Positions 12,435 to 26,189 of a stretch of 64,000 nt of DNA are shown piece by piece. The position numbers and the translations under genes are program-made. Source of the DNA: Eledone cirrhosa (Eukaryota); NCBI GenBank assembly GCA_964016885.1, contig OZ024742.1, forward strand, positions 80,600,001-80,664,000, written 5' to 3'. Numbering within the stretch: the stretch's first letter is position 1; each line of letters opens with the position of its first letter. The notes under the pieces are model-generated. The model worked only from the letters and a program-made list of their open reading frames with translations. It did not search any database and was not told the origin of the DNA.

Positions 12435-13075
12435 TCTGTAAATTTTACTATCAAATCCCTGTTAATAATTCAGTAAAATATATAGTATCATAACAAAATA
12501 TCCCAAATCTCCTCATAAATTAATAAAATTTAACTTTTTAACTCCTTATGTCTTGCGCTACAAAACCTCTTTAATCTTCTATCTTTAAATCACTAACGTA
12601 TTGCACAACTTATTTCAATCAGCTTACCATTATATATCCGTACATACGACATAGATTTCCACAAACTGACAATCATTTTATTAAATATTTCAATTAAATT
12701 ATTTTTAGTTATCCTAAATGAAATAATTGGACCATAAGCAGAATGACTATTATATACTGAGTTATAATTGTTTACGATAGAATATTCTTAACAATTGCAG
12801 AGCAATTCAAAACGAACTATGAAGTCATATAAGTTCAATACTTGATTGCATTAGGCTGAAATAGACGTACTCTTGTATCAGAGAATTACAATCAGTAAAA
12901 ATCAGTTTTACTATCATATATATATATTATATATATATATATATATTATATATATATATATATATTATATATATATATTATATATATATATTATATATAT
13001 ATATATATATAAAAACTTTTGTATATATAAGCTATCGTTGACAATTAGTCTGTTACCTTAGATTTATTTAAATGT

Positions 13076-13785
13076 CCTTAATTTTCGAGATAATATCTCT
13101 TTTTCGGAGGGAAGTAAAGCGGTTAAACCAGTGTTCTAAATAGCATGCCAAGTCATGCTGACAGAAAATGGTATAGAGTATCTGTTCTATCTTTAATATC
13201 AAAGAGTTAAGGTTAGGTGGATAAAGAGTTGTCTCCCTTTAAAAGGGCTTTTTTTTTTGTACATGCCTGTTTAAGTGTGTGGGAGAATGCGTGAAGGTGC
13301 ATGTGTGTGTGTGTGTGTGAGAAGATATGTCTATACGTAAATGTAGGGGATAGATGTTATCTCGTGTTAGAACTGGTCTTTGTGTGTGTATGTGTGTGTG
13401 TGAGAGAGAATAAGTGGAGGTGTAAACGTGTGTGTGTGTGTGTGTGTGTATGTGTGTGTGTGTGTGCGTGCGTGTGTATATGCGTGGGTGTTGGAGGGGT
13501 GTAAATATGCGGCGAGATGCTCTATCAAGTTATAAATTGGGTGTTGAGTTCTAGTCTATTATTGATTGGTGGTTGTGTTTTGGCTATAATTAGTGTTACC
13601 TTAATTGTAAGATTGCCGAGGTTTCTTTCCTTAGTTTCTATCCTAACTGTTATGGTTTTTTCGGTGTATTTGCATTTAACTAGGTGTTTCTTAAATGAGG
13701 AAGCGTTAGTATTGAGGTGTTCTTTTATTATTATGTGGAGTGGTCTAGTGGTGCTAGCTACGTAGAAGTTGCTGCATTTGTCGCA
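13076..13785 (-). mobile_element. PLE 3' portion: GIY-YIG remnant (13526-13785), 3' UTR and degenerate hammerhead (13076-13110)
   Basis: Minus strand translates CDKCSNFYVASTTRPLHIIIKEHLN...PINNRLE. HHR-like CCU-CCGAAAAA-GAGAU(AUU)AUCUC-GAAAAUUA-AGG. Confidence 0.75.
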
Positions 13786-14929
13786 AATACACCAACTCCT
13801 ACGTAGGTAGCACCACCAGACCCCTCCACATAAGAATAAAAGAACACCTCAATACTAACGATTCGTCATTTAAGAAACACTTAATCTAGACTATATTTAA
13901 ACTGTTAGCCATGTTTCCCTTCTGTTGCACCTCATTTCTCCCCACTCTCTCTTTCTCACAGTGAATCTACTAAGATTTGGGCTTACTTTATTAATATATA
14001 TATATATATGATTCTGCATGTCAGATTCAAACTTACAAAGATCGGTATTATATATATGTTTGTTTGCTAAAATAATAAAATTAAAATTAAATTAATTCAA
14101 CAGTTAAACACTCATAGGAGTAATACGTCGATCCCAAAGGGCCAGAAGATTGACAAGTCGACTCTAAATGTTATTAATAGCTCTAGGAAAGCCTTGAACG
14201 ACACCACATCTTTAAAACTTTGATTTTGAAAGTAGGTTTATAATTATCAATTGTTATTATACATTTATAGCTGACTTGGTGGCCTCATTGTAGGAATCAT
14301 AGACGGTGTTGATCCTAGTCTGAAGTTCGATCCTGGTCGGAAGTAGGACAACTTCGAAAATGGTATGAAAATTTATATTTATAAACCCGCTTTCCAAATT
14401 TTCAAAACAGTGTGTTGTTGTGCCGTTCATGTCTTTCTTAACGGTATTGCCCCTATTTAAAGTCGACTTCTCAATCATTTGGTTGTTACATAAATTACAT
14501 CCTCGTTTCGTTTCACATCAATATAGACTACATTTTCACCTGTAAACCATGTTTAATTTCTCATCCACCTCATTTCCCCCACCCTCTCTCTCTTTCTGTT
14601 TGTGATATTTGAATCTACCATGCTGTGGGCTTAACTTATTCATATATATATGTGTTTTTGCATGTCAGTTAGATTTAAACTTACGATGATTGGCCGGTTC
14701 ACTAACACACAGACACACACACGCACACACACACACGCAGACACACATACACAAACACACACACATATATATATATATATGTTGATATATATATATATAT
14801 ATATATATACAGTGGCGGACTAGGTATAAAAATATTGGTTGCCAAATGAAGGCGCCCACCCACATATAGAATGCTGACACTTTCAATAATGACCTTCGGT
14901 CTTTCACACTCACCTCCCCCTCTCTTCCC

Positions 14930-14983
<54 letters not shown>

Positions 14984-15039
14984 ATGTGTGTATATGTGTG
15001 TGTGTGAGTGTGTGTGTGTGTGTGTATCTATCTAACTGT

Positions 15040-16436
15040 CTAGAAGAACTGGGGTGAGGTGACGAACAGGGTGTTTGCACTGACCCAGAAGTGGGCCGAG
15101 TGCAAACTGTCCCTGAAAGGTCGGGCGGAGGTGGCGAACACTTATATAGCGTCCGTCATCTACTACCGCCTGACCGTTGTGCCTTGCCCAAGGGAAACGC
15201 TCGCCAAAATGGAGCCGCACTCTTCCAATTCCTTTGGAAGAAGCGGGCTCCTATGGTGAGGAGATCCATCTGCTGTCAACACCCTTCGAAAGGAGGGCTG
15301 GGGCTGCCGTGGCTAATGATACGTAAACACGCATTAAGGCTACGGCACCTTCAGGTATTCCTCTCCGGTCAACCGGTGTGGGCTCCGTTTGTGAGGCGAG
15401 CCTTTCCCAGACTCGTCTCACTCACCGAGCTGCAATCCTGGGTCAAGCAAAGACCGAGAAAACTGGGCGTCTGGCACACCGAGTGTGCCCAGGCGCTCAC
15501 GGCTCTCTGGCAGGCGGACTCGGCTGTCAGTGGAGAATCCACCTCGTCATTCTATAGAGGGCTGGTGGTTAGCAGGTGCGAGGACGCCCTCGGAGAAGCC
15601 CTAGGCATGGAGGAAGACGAATTGGCCAACCTGTTCGGTAGGACATTCAGCCCGGGACCCATGGATAACTTCCAGAGGTCCCTGGCCTGGCAATGCTACA
15701 GAAGGGCTCTGGCCGTTCGAGAAAGGTTCTACAGATACGGGCGCCCGGGTAGGGACCCATCGAAAAAGATCTGTCCCAGATGCGTGTACGACGAGGAAAC
15801 CGTTGCACACGCATTGGTACACTGCTCGGGCATTGCCGATCTGTGGGGCTATGTCGAACAACTGCTGTCAAGAGTGGGACCGATCCGGTTGACCACCGAG
15901 TCTATTGTAACGATCAAGCCGCCTCCCCTCTTCAAAAACGAAGGAGAGGCGGTGTTTCTGGGCGAAATAGCCATGGCGGAAGAGGTTGTATGGTGGACGC
16001 GTTGAAAGGACTGAGGTCAGACACCTTTCTCTCTGGCCAACGACTGGTCCGTTTCTTCCGATATCATTTCGGAAGAAGGATCAGGATGGAGAGAGAGGTG
16101 CTGCACCCCAGCCGTTTCTATGAAAGATGGGTGAAAGTGGCGAGAATGGCCCGTGTGAATGGGCCTTCACTCTACATCAGACTATAGGTGAGGAAGATGA
16201 AAGACCAAGGGAGCACCCATTCTCTGTGCTCCTGAGGAGAAGGGTTGCACACTTTTTTCGGGGGTGTGTGCGACCCCCCAAGGCGCCTCCTCTCTATTGA
16301 GGACTTTGTTATAAATTTTATTTTTATTATATTTATTTTATTTTTATATATTGTTATTGCCTCCTCCTTATTGAGGACAAAACTCCCCCAATTGTACTTG
16401 TCCCACTTTTGATGCCCTGGTGGCAAATAAAAGAAA
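15040..16436 (+). mobile_element. Tx1/L1-group LINE, 5'-truncated and frameshifted
   Basis: LSLKGRAEVAN, FLW...SKGGLGLP, zinc knuckle CPRC..EETVAHALVHC. 3' end has AATAAAA before (TA)n. Confidence 0.85.
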
Positions 16437-16901
16437 CATATCTATATATATATATAAACCACCTTCACCACTAATTGATTTAACAGATGTCTTTAATCTA
16501 TTGATGCCAAGTATTATTTGGTCAGTAGTTCGCGTGTAAGTATATAAATATATATATATATATATGTGGGTTTGTGTGCCCGTGTCTATATATGTATGTT
16601 TGCCTGAGATTTAGTAGAATGTACAACCACTGATTCCAGCTATTTGCACTATCTTATATTTCGTTTTCTAGTAATTCCCTGGGGAATTGGTTGACCAAAT
16701 GCTTTGCTTAATTATTTTTTTTTTTCTTTAATATTATTCTTTCACTTAGATTACAGGTATTTTTTGAACGCAAAGCATTGGTAACTAAATTACTATAGTG
16801 GGCCCTGCAATGCTACTGTGGGCTCTTGCAATGCTACCTTGGTCCCCCTGGAGCCTACTTACCTCTAGGTAACCTATCACTCTGGTCTTTCCGCCAGAGG
16901 G

Positions 16902-17780
16902 TATATATATATATGAATGTGTATATAGCGTATTTTGCAATACACTGTGTGCTTAATGAAAAGTATTTCGAAGACCTTATATGCTATTGTTTTAGAGTAG
17001 TGACAGTCTCACTTACTTTAATTTTCAGCAAACAGGGGCGATAAAGCTGACATAGCTCTGTTTTGCATTTGTTGATGCTTATCAAAGTTAACTACTCCTC
17101 CTGTTTGCTGAAAATCATGAATGTTTGATTATTTTAGAATTCTACTAATAATCAGGAACTGATTATACATTGCGGCTGCCGGTCAAGCAGAAATTGAAAA
17201 TTAGAATTTGGTGCTCTGAAATAGCGATATATATATATGAATGTTTACACATTGTATTTTGCAATACACTGCATGTTTAATTAAAGGCATTTTGAAGACC
17301 TTTTGCTATTGTTTTAGAGTAGTGACAGTCTCACTGTTTGCTGAAAATTAAAGTAAGTGAGACTGTCACTACTCTAAAACAATAGCATAACGTCTTCGAA
17401 ATGCTTTTAATTAAACATACAGTGTATTGCAAAATTCAATGTGTAAACATTCATATATATATCGCTATTTCAGAGCACCAATTCTAATTTTCAATTTCTG
17501 CTTGACCGGCAACCGCAATGTATAATCAGTTCCTGATTATTAGTAGAATTCTATAATAATCAAACATTCATGATTTTCAGCAAACAGGAGGAGTAGTTAC
17601 TTTGATAAGCATAACAAAATGCGAAACAGAGCTCTGTCAGCTTTATCTCCCCTGTTTGCTGAAAATTAAAGTAAGTGAGACTGTCACTACTCTAAAACAA
17701 TAGCATAAGGTCTTCGAAATGCTTTTAATGAAGCATACAGTGTATTGAAAAATACACTATATATACATTCATATATATAT
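16902..17780. repeat. Large palindrome (~430-bp arms, centre ~17335-17356) built from a ~324-bp unit
   Basis: 16902-17334 is the reverse complement of 17357-17780, and 16905-17012 recurs at 17229-17334. Confidence 0.9.
17599..17642 (+). ncRNA. Minimal hammerhead, U3-A8 core
   Basis: CU-UUGAUAA-GCAU(AACAAA)AUGC-GAAA-CAGAGCUCUG-UC-AG, with perfect palindrome ACAGAGCUCUGU and a GUC site. Stem I is short but enclosed by a 15-bp helix (17574-17588 / 17651-17665). The mirror copy at ~17045-17088(-) has G12A. Confidence 0.75.
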
Positions 17781-18581
17781 CGCACATTTCATCTTTGAAG
17801 GAATGTCACCCCTCTGGCCTCCCGTCATTTTAATCAATCACAATTAACTCCATTCTCTCTCCACCAACGAGATTCAACATCAAAGATGGATGAGTTTCAT
17901 AACGTCGAGTGCTCTTCTTAATATTATATTAAGGTGGCCTATATGGGATTGACAGTTCTGTCGATTAGTGAACCACCAAACTTATATATATATATATATA
18001 TATACGTATGTATATATATATATGTGTGTGTGTGTGTCACTGTAGGTTCGTGTGTGTGTGTGTGGATTAGTGAGTTTACAATTGCGTACGTTTCACTGTG
18101 TTTAAATGTGAACATATATTATGAGCAGTAAAATATGAAATGGACAAATTAATACAAGTATATACATTTGCTTGAAATAGTGTGTCATCAGTTCAGCCTA
18201 CATCCAATAATGATTTTTAAAACAAATGGAATCTCTACACAATGTTGTACAAATATAAAGCCAGTCATAATGAAGAGACAATCAGTTATGGCAGTAAACA
18301 ACAAAAATAATATATTCCCTAGGAATGGAACTCTGAATGTAAATTTGCAAATACACCTGCATAGAAACGTCGATAGCAAAGCCGAGCATAACAGTTGATT
18401 AATATACAACTCTATTTATGTAATTTATGCCAACACCCAGACACAAACATTGGAAAACACATGGATAGATTAGCACAAACAAATACGTACAAAATTATAC
18501 TTACATACATATACATAATACACAAACAAACATGTATATTAATATTTATATATTTATACACACACACACACACACACACAT

Positions 18582-18663
<82 letters not shown>

Positions 18664-19327
18664 TTATATATATGCACAATTCATTGGAATTGCTTTTTCT
18701 GCTTTCTAATGCACATCATCATATATGCTTTTACACATATTTGTGTATACACGGGCACTTATGTTTGCGCATCATTATGAAAGTGCGTGTATCTGTATTG
18801 ACGTATTTGTATGGGTGTTCATGTGATATTTAGCGAGAAAATATAAAAGCAATATCGAGGTAATATGTTTGACTGAGTATCCCATTTTTCTCATAACCTT
18901 TACTTCCTTTTCCATAATTAGATTAAAGTTCTTATCTCTCTCTACAAATGAGTTCTGATGCTATCCTGCCTCTCAGCTATGCACCTGCAACGTATATTAC
19001 TATTTTGTTAATCAGTCTTGATATTCTCTTTTTTGTTTACGATGTTTATATGTTGCTTATTGTGAGTTGTTTTCCTGGGTATTTTGGTTTTAGTGTTGGA
19101 ATTTTTTAACATTCATACATTTTCTGTCGGTCTATTACTATTATCATTATTATTGTTATTATTATTTTTAACATCATTATTCTTATTATAGTATTTGTTT
19201 ATGTTGTTGTTGTTGACGTAGTTGTAATTGCTTTTCAAAATACGCTAGAGGAAATTGAGTATTGCTGATAATACTATTGGCGTATAATGCATTGACTCGT
19301 AAGGAAGGTACATTACATATCCGATAC

Positions 19328-19380
<53 letters not shown>

Positions 19381-19641
19381 CAAATATATATATATACACA
19401 ACTATATATATATATATAAACCTATATAAATAAACATACACATATATATGTATGTATATATATATATATATTATATATGATAATATAAGTATTAATATAT
19501 ATATATATATGCGTGTATATATATACATATATATATATTTATATATTTATATATATATTTATATATTTATATATATATTTATATATATATATATACATAT
19601 ATATATGTACATATATATATATATGTGTGTATGTGTGTGTA

Positions 19642-19672
<31 letters not shown>

Positions 19673-19789
19673 TTATGTATATATAATATGTATATATATT
19701 TATGTGGGAGCATGTGTTTATATTGAACCAGGATGGCCTACGTCGATCTGTTTGAATATGGAATAAAAATGTAGAAAAGTATACATATA

Positions 19790-19841
<52 letters not shown>

Positions 19842-21194
19842 TGTGTGTGTGTATGCGTGTGCGTGAATATGTGTGTGTGCGTGCCTGTGTGCATCGGCTT
19901 TTTCCATATGCTCACTATCAATATATTTTCAACTGGATTCAGTGTTCTGTGCTTCCAGATTCTCCACTTCTCACTAATCTTTTATATATATTTTGCACTA
20001 GGATGAAATGAAATATATGATCATGTTTAATATTTAAAATATATTGTTTCTCTTTTTTTTAATCTTGGATTTCGAATCTATACTCGCAATATTTTCCATA
20101 TATTTAAACTAATCTTATGCATACATCTTCGCGATAATCCACAATGCATTTTCACTAATCTAGTCGTAAAGGTAATTATCAGTATCATAACCAGCAATAT
20201 ACATACGTATGAAGATTGTCGATATTTTGATATTGCTGCTGCTAACTTTATGATACGTAGTATTCTTGTAACGCGTTATATATATTTGTTTCATTTGTTT
20301 GATATCATCATATATCTATTACTTTATTTATCTCTTCATATCTGTAGTAACGAATAGATGTATTCAGAAATAGGGAGAACGAGAAACCCCGCATTGATAT
20401 GTGTATGCTTGCGAGGAAGAGGGGTCGTGTGCATGTATGTATATATATTGTGTAACTGGGTGCATACAATTGTGTGTTTACGTGTGTGCTTGTATGTGAC
20501 TGATTTCAAAAGAACAAATGAGAAGCAACTGAGTAAAACCAAACTTAACACTATAATACCTGCGATTATTAGGGGTTCAAACCAAGGATGGGGCTCTCGG
20601 GGACTCCAATTATTTTTTTCATGAACCACCAATGCTATGAGAATGAAATTTAACACAGCTATTGATCACAGGCATATATATATTTCACTATTACAAAAAT
20701 GATGCTGACATCATAATATTTCCAATGACCTTATCGGTTCTACCAAGATGTGTTAAGATTTAGTACTTTTATCCGGAACCAGTAAGGCTATGGACATAAC
20801 ATATCACATTGATAGATGTATTACATATAGTTAATGCCATGTACCTATTCTTTGCCATGTTTACTAATGATGAAATAACATCACTGACAAAAGGTTTGCA
20901 GATCGTATGAAAAGTTATTTCTATGGTAACCATGTAGTTGGTATAGCATCCATCGCCTTGTAGCTCAATACACTCATATAATATTGGTATCATTGTTAGT
21001 GTCATATTGGTTTTACATATTTACTTTTCTAGAAATGGGTTCTGAGACCATTAAAAAGGGTAAACGTTAGAAAACGTCCCAAATTAAAAAAAGAACTGCC
21101 TCCTTTAAAAAAATATTACAAAAGCTACGAACGCATGCACGATGAGATTGCTGTTCTTTTGGGTTTTTTGTATCTATTCTAGGAAAATATATGA

Positions 21195-21559
21195 GAAAGT
21201 GAGTTTTTTTTAACAGATGAAAAGTAACCGAGGTGTCCTACACGAGTGAAAGTATAAGGAAAAAAGATGAAATAGAAAATGCAACTAGAGTATTTTTTAA
21301 AAGAAATATATATATTTATTTGGATCCTTTACCGGTTTCGAAGCTCTTCTACTTTTCAAAAGTAGAATTGAGATTGGGGGTTTGTGGTTTTTCTCATATC
21401 TCTGACATTTAAATATATGGAATTGAGAAAAACCACACCCCTCCATGTCAATTCTACTTTTGAAAAGCAGAAGAAGTGCGAAACAGTGAAAGGAACCACA
21501 TAAATATATATTTAAAAAAAAAAAAGACTCTAGTTGCATTTTCAATTTCATCTTTTTTC

Positions 21560-21561
<2 letters not shown>
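21195..21561. repeat. Fold-back copy of the 4925 family with degenerate HHRs at 21326-21363(-) and 21456-21493(+)
   Basis: Arms 21257-21395 / 21425-21561; UUGAAAA...GAAAC motifs in both. Confidence 0.8.
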
Positions 21562-21612
<51 letters not shown>

Positions 21613-21762
21613 AATATGCGTTGGTTTGGTTATTTACCGACACCACAGATTGCAGGTTGGAGCACTCGACGAAGTATGCAAGTTGGTTTGTTTATCCGGA
21701 GTAATTTAAAATAATATGTGTAAGTCAAACATGTTAAAGTTGGCTTCGTTTATTCTAATTCG

Positions 21763-21815
21763 CTGCTATATATATTTCAGTGACAGCCATTATTGGCTGT
21801 GACCTCATCAGGCAG
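21763..21815 (-). ncRNA. Type-I hammerhead ribozyme with canonical core
   Basis: CUGC-CUGAUGA-GGUC ACAGCCA(AUAA)UGGCUGU CACU-GAAA-UAUAUA-UA-GCAG. Stem I CUGC/GCAG, long stem II, palindromic AUAUAUAU stem III, AUA site. Confidence 0.8.
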
Positions 21816-21959
21816 TAAGAATTAACAGGTAAACATGGTGTTGTAATGTGTACTACCCTGTTAATTCATCGATATATCCGGCTCCTGTGTGTTTTGTTAG
21901 TCCTCAAAGGAACTGGAATGATATGGTTTCAGTTCCTTTGAGGACTAACAACATGTTAG

Positions 21960-23395
21960 TCTCATGTTCCGAGTGGCCTAAAACTCTCGAAAGGCACCTC
22001 ACTAATGGCAATCAGGAGTGATAATCTCAATTTTCAAAAAGGGAGACTAGAGAGATTGTTCCAATTAGTGAGGGATCCCCTTATTAAGCCTTTCCGGTAA
22101 TATATATGCTAAGTGTCTGGCAAAGAGATGCAGGGAGATTGTCGAGTCCAAGCAAACTGATGAACAATGCCGTTTTCGCCCCATCCAGATATTAACACCG
22201 CGGCAGGCCTTCAAGAAATAGGGGATCTATTGCCAAGAAGTATATATTCTTGCTTTCTAGACTTCAAACAGGCATATGATCATGGTCCACGGGACTTGCT
22301 ATGGAAGATTGTCTCGGAGTATGGGATCGATAGTCAGCTTCTTGCCCGAGTATTTGTATTCAGATGAATGGTGCTCAACCGAAACCATTCAATTTGGAAG
22401 TCGGATTCCGTCAAGGATGCGTGCTGTCACCTATGCTGTTCATTATTTTCAGGAACAGGATTGACATACGCAACTTGGTTGGAAGCGATACCATTACTGG
22501 CGTGCTTAAAATCAGTTGGCTGGAATTTGCAGCCGATATGGTACTACTTAACTCAACACAACTCCATTTTGCGCTCGATAGGTTTAACCTCTAGGGCTGG
22601 ATTAAAAATTAGTGCTGCGAAAACTGAGACACTCGTTCTCTGAATTATGACTGCGATGTGAACTCTACACTAAATCAGGTGGAGAGGTTCAATTGCCTTG
22701 GGGCACATTTCACGAGTGATATAAGGCAAGAGGTTAAATTAAGTGCAGTAATGCACCAGCGTCAGCATTCGGTAATCAAAATATGGGATGTAGATGTAAA
22801 AGTCAAACTCGCTATATTGACTTCGGTATTCTTGCCAAACCTTACCCATGGCCAGTCATAAATCTTGGGTAATAACCAAAAGCATACGGTCGCGAACATA
22901 AGCGGCCGAAATGGGCTTACACCGAAGGGTCTTTGGAATAACGTTACTCGATTGAGACCGTGGCTCGGAAATGAGATAGTCACTCCCGATAGTCCAGATA
23001 CTTCTCCCTAAGATCACTGTACCAATTCTATAGTCATGTGATTAGAATCTGTCAGAAATGAATCGCTGGGAATATTTACAGGCAAAATCAACCGGCAGGA
23101 GAACAGGGGTGGACCTCGAGCAAGATAGTTGTATAACATCCATGATCTTGGCTGGTCTCGCTTGGGGATCTAGCCAGATCAGGTGGAGACAGTTGCTTAT
23201 GATAGGATCCACTGGAACGAGTGTTTGAAGACTCTTACACCACGATCCCCATGACGCCCTGCGACCCCCAGCATATGTCACTGAAGAAGAAGAAGAAGAA
23301 GAAGAAGAAGAAGAAGAAGAAGAAGAAGAAGAAGAAGAAGAAGAAGAAGAAGAAGAAGAAGAAGAAGAAGAAGAAGAAGAAGAAGAAGAAGAAGA
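21960..23395 (+). mobile_element. Decayed RTE-group LINE with (GAA)n tail
   Basis: IFKKGD..DCSN.xGI.LL, FLDFKQAYD, GFRQGCVLSPMLF, FAADMVL, GLKISAAKTE. (GAA)n at 23283-23395. Confidence 0.8.
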
Positions 23396-24171
23396 ACTGT
23401 ACTATGTATGTTTATAGGCAATATGTGAATTGAATTATGTTACTTCCCTTTGAAGAACTTTACATAGAATGTTAATTAGTGTGCAATTATGACAAGGAAT
23501 AATGTCAAACAACATGCGCTCTAATTATATCACCCTACATTATGCGAGGGTAGACATACTTCTCCTCACAGGCTCATTCGATAAGATTATCTTGTTCAAC
23601 CTATGAACTTTTCAGCCAACTCTCGTATTTGTAACAAGAATATACTTGTTAGATTATGTGTCGAAATATAGAAATAGAATATTTAATTTTTCGCATATAA
23701 GCATCATATAATCTGATTCAAAATTATGAGTCAACGAATCTATCTTTGATATTAATATTTATTGCATCATACCGTACATTTTTATAGAACGGTTCATGAA
23801 TATACCGCTAATTCTATGCTAGAACATGATATTACATAAATAGCCTCCGAATGTTATAATATGCAACACAGAATTTCAATTATCGTAAAGCAAATATATT
23901 TACAAAACATTTCCTACCATAATTTTATTTAGAATATACATGTCCATACTCGACCACTCTGTATGTGAAGATACAAAGTATTAAAGAAAACCACATTACC
24001 AGACATCTGTTTTGTTTTTACAAGTTACAAATCTAAGAGAATATCTTCCGCTTATACAGGAACACACAAAAATAGAATACATAGAGATAAAATAATGTAC
24101 AATAGACATGCAAATAGTGCATTCACACTCAAGAACACACACACACGCGCACATATATATATATATATGTC

Positions 24172-24211
<40 letters not shown>

Positions 24212-24218
24212 CATATGA

Positions 24219-24280
<62 letters not shown>

Positions 24281-24349
24281 ATGTGTGTGTATGTATATAT
24301 ATATATGTGTGTGTGTATGTATGTATATGTATATATATATGTATATATA

Positions 24350-25202
24350 ACGCACCAGTTGCTTTCACTTCAATTATTATAAATTTTAAAAGTTTCCGGT
24401 TGGTTGGTTGGTTCCACAACCGGATGGTTGTTCATATATTGTCAAAGTTCTTTCGTCACACATTCTGTGACTGGGGATTCTTTTCTTTGTTTTGTGCCTC
24501 CCCTTTGTGCTGTCCAACGTCATCTTGTTTTTGTGTGTGTTGTGTGCTTAGTTTGCGCATCCGTTACATCCGGGTGTCTGTGTGTTTTTTTTTGTTTATT
24601 TAATTGATTATTTACATCTTACTAGTTAGTTGTTTGTTCTATGTGTGTGTGTTTTCATTTTGTTCTTACTTATAAGTTGTGATGTTGCTATTCCATTCAT
24701 GTTTTCTATTTAATTTGGGTTGAAGTTCATTTATGTTTATTGACTCTGTGATTTGTCTAAGCTTCGCGCCTTTTCTGTGTGTAGATTCTATTTTTATCAT
24801 TTTGTTCTCTAATTTGCCCCATGGTTCTATTTTAGCATGCTGGTGGAGTATTGATGAGTCTTTTCTATCTTGGAGTTCTCGCCAATATTAATTTAATCGT
24901 TCTTCTATGCTACGAGCTGTCTCACATATGTAGATTATATTTTTATTTTTACATTGTCCCTCAGTACATCTAATGCTATATACTATGTTTCTAGTTTTAC
25001 ATTTAATATGGGGGCTTAGCTTACAGATTATGCATTTCCTATCTATACTGGGAGGTCTTTGAAAAGGGTATGCATTACGAATTAGTGTTTTTATGGAGGT
25101 ACCTGGCCTTAATATTTAGTTTAAGTTCATCTAGGTCCCTTCTAAATTTGTAAGCTAGTTCACCTCTAGGGGTTAGAATCTTGCTAAACAAATTCAGAAA
25201 CG

Positions 25203-25203
<1 letters not shown>
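24350..25203 (-). mobile_element. PLE 3' portion (GIY-YIG remnant 24670-25200 + tail)
   Basis: Minus strand: CIIC..., RNIVYSIRC..C....IYICETARSIEER...ILHQH...RQITESINI..LQPKLNRKHEWN. Tail shared with 58850-59165. Confidence 0.8.
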
Positions 25204-25277
<74 letters not shown>

Positions 25278-26068
25278 TATGAAAAGAGTCAGGACCACGG
25301 TGGCTGAGCTCCGGCCGTTCGACATAGACCCTTCACTCGAATATAGCTGTGGAAACGGCCGGAGATCAGCTGTCGGGTTCCTGAATCTTTTCATATTACC
25401 CACTCTACTACCCCAAGTTTGGAGTGCCCAAGTGCATTATGTTCCACCTGGTATTTTAGCACAACCTCTTTGTCTATATATATATTTATATTTGAAAAGG
25501 GGTACTTTCTATACATAATAGGGGTTATAGAGTAAAAGTGGAATTCGAAATAGCACGGAAAATATATTTAATGATCTGGTTCTATTTTTTCTTCTTTGAT
25601 TTGTCAAATAGACATTATTGAAAAATTGAGATGAACAATTCTTTCAAAAGAAGGAGTTTTAGAATGTATATAAAATATATAAAATATAACCGGTTTCTAT
25701 TTATCTTTATAAACCATCTTCATGTTGAATGTTTCAATTAAAAAGAACTAAAAATTTAAACTTAAGTGTTAAAAAATGTGTTTTCATATTTCTAGTTGCG
25801 AAGATTAGGTCTGAAAAGGAACCTTATATATATAGAGTTAGTCATAGTAGTAGTATTAGAAGTAAGGTTGTTAGCTGTGTCATTTCACAGAACAAAATTA
25901 TTTTATAGGAATAGTCTCAATTTGGTTAAAGTATTGGGCAAGAGTTTAGATGGGGGTGCTGACGTCCCATTTAGTATATGAGTGTGTATGTGTCTGTGAA
26001 TGTTTGTGTGTATTTGCGAGTTTGTTACGTACTTTAGGGCCCAGAGAATTAAACACAGACACACATCT

Positions 26069-26101
<33 letters not shown>

Positions 26102-26189
26102 GCCTTAGTAAGTAACATACACCTTATCTTCACACACATACAATTAAACGCACACACACACATATCTACACATACATATACATATATGA

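Noticed and set aside
20570-21060. Host exon or hAT transposase remnant
   Set aside because: No recognisable domain or clean splice-bounded frame; similarity too weak.
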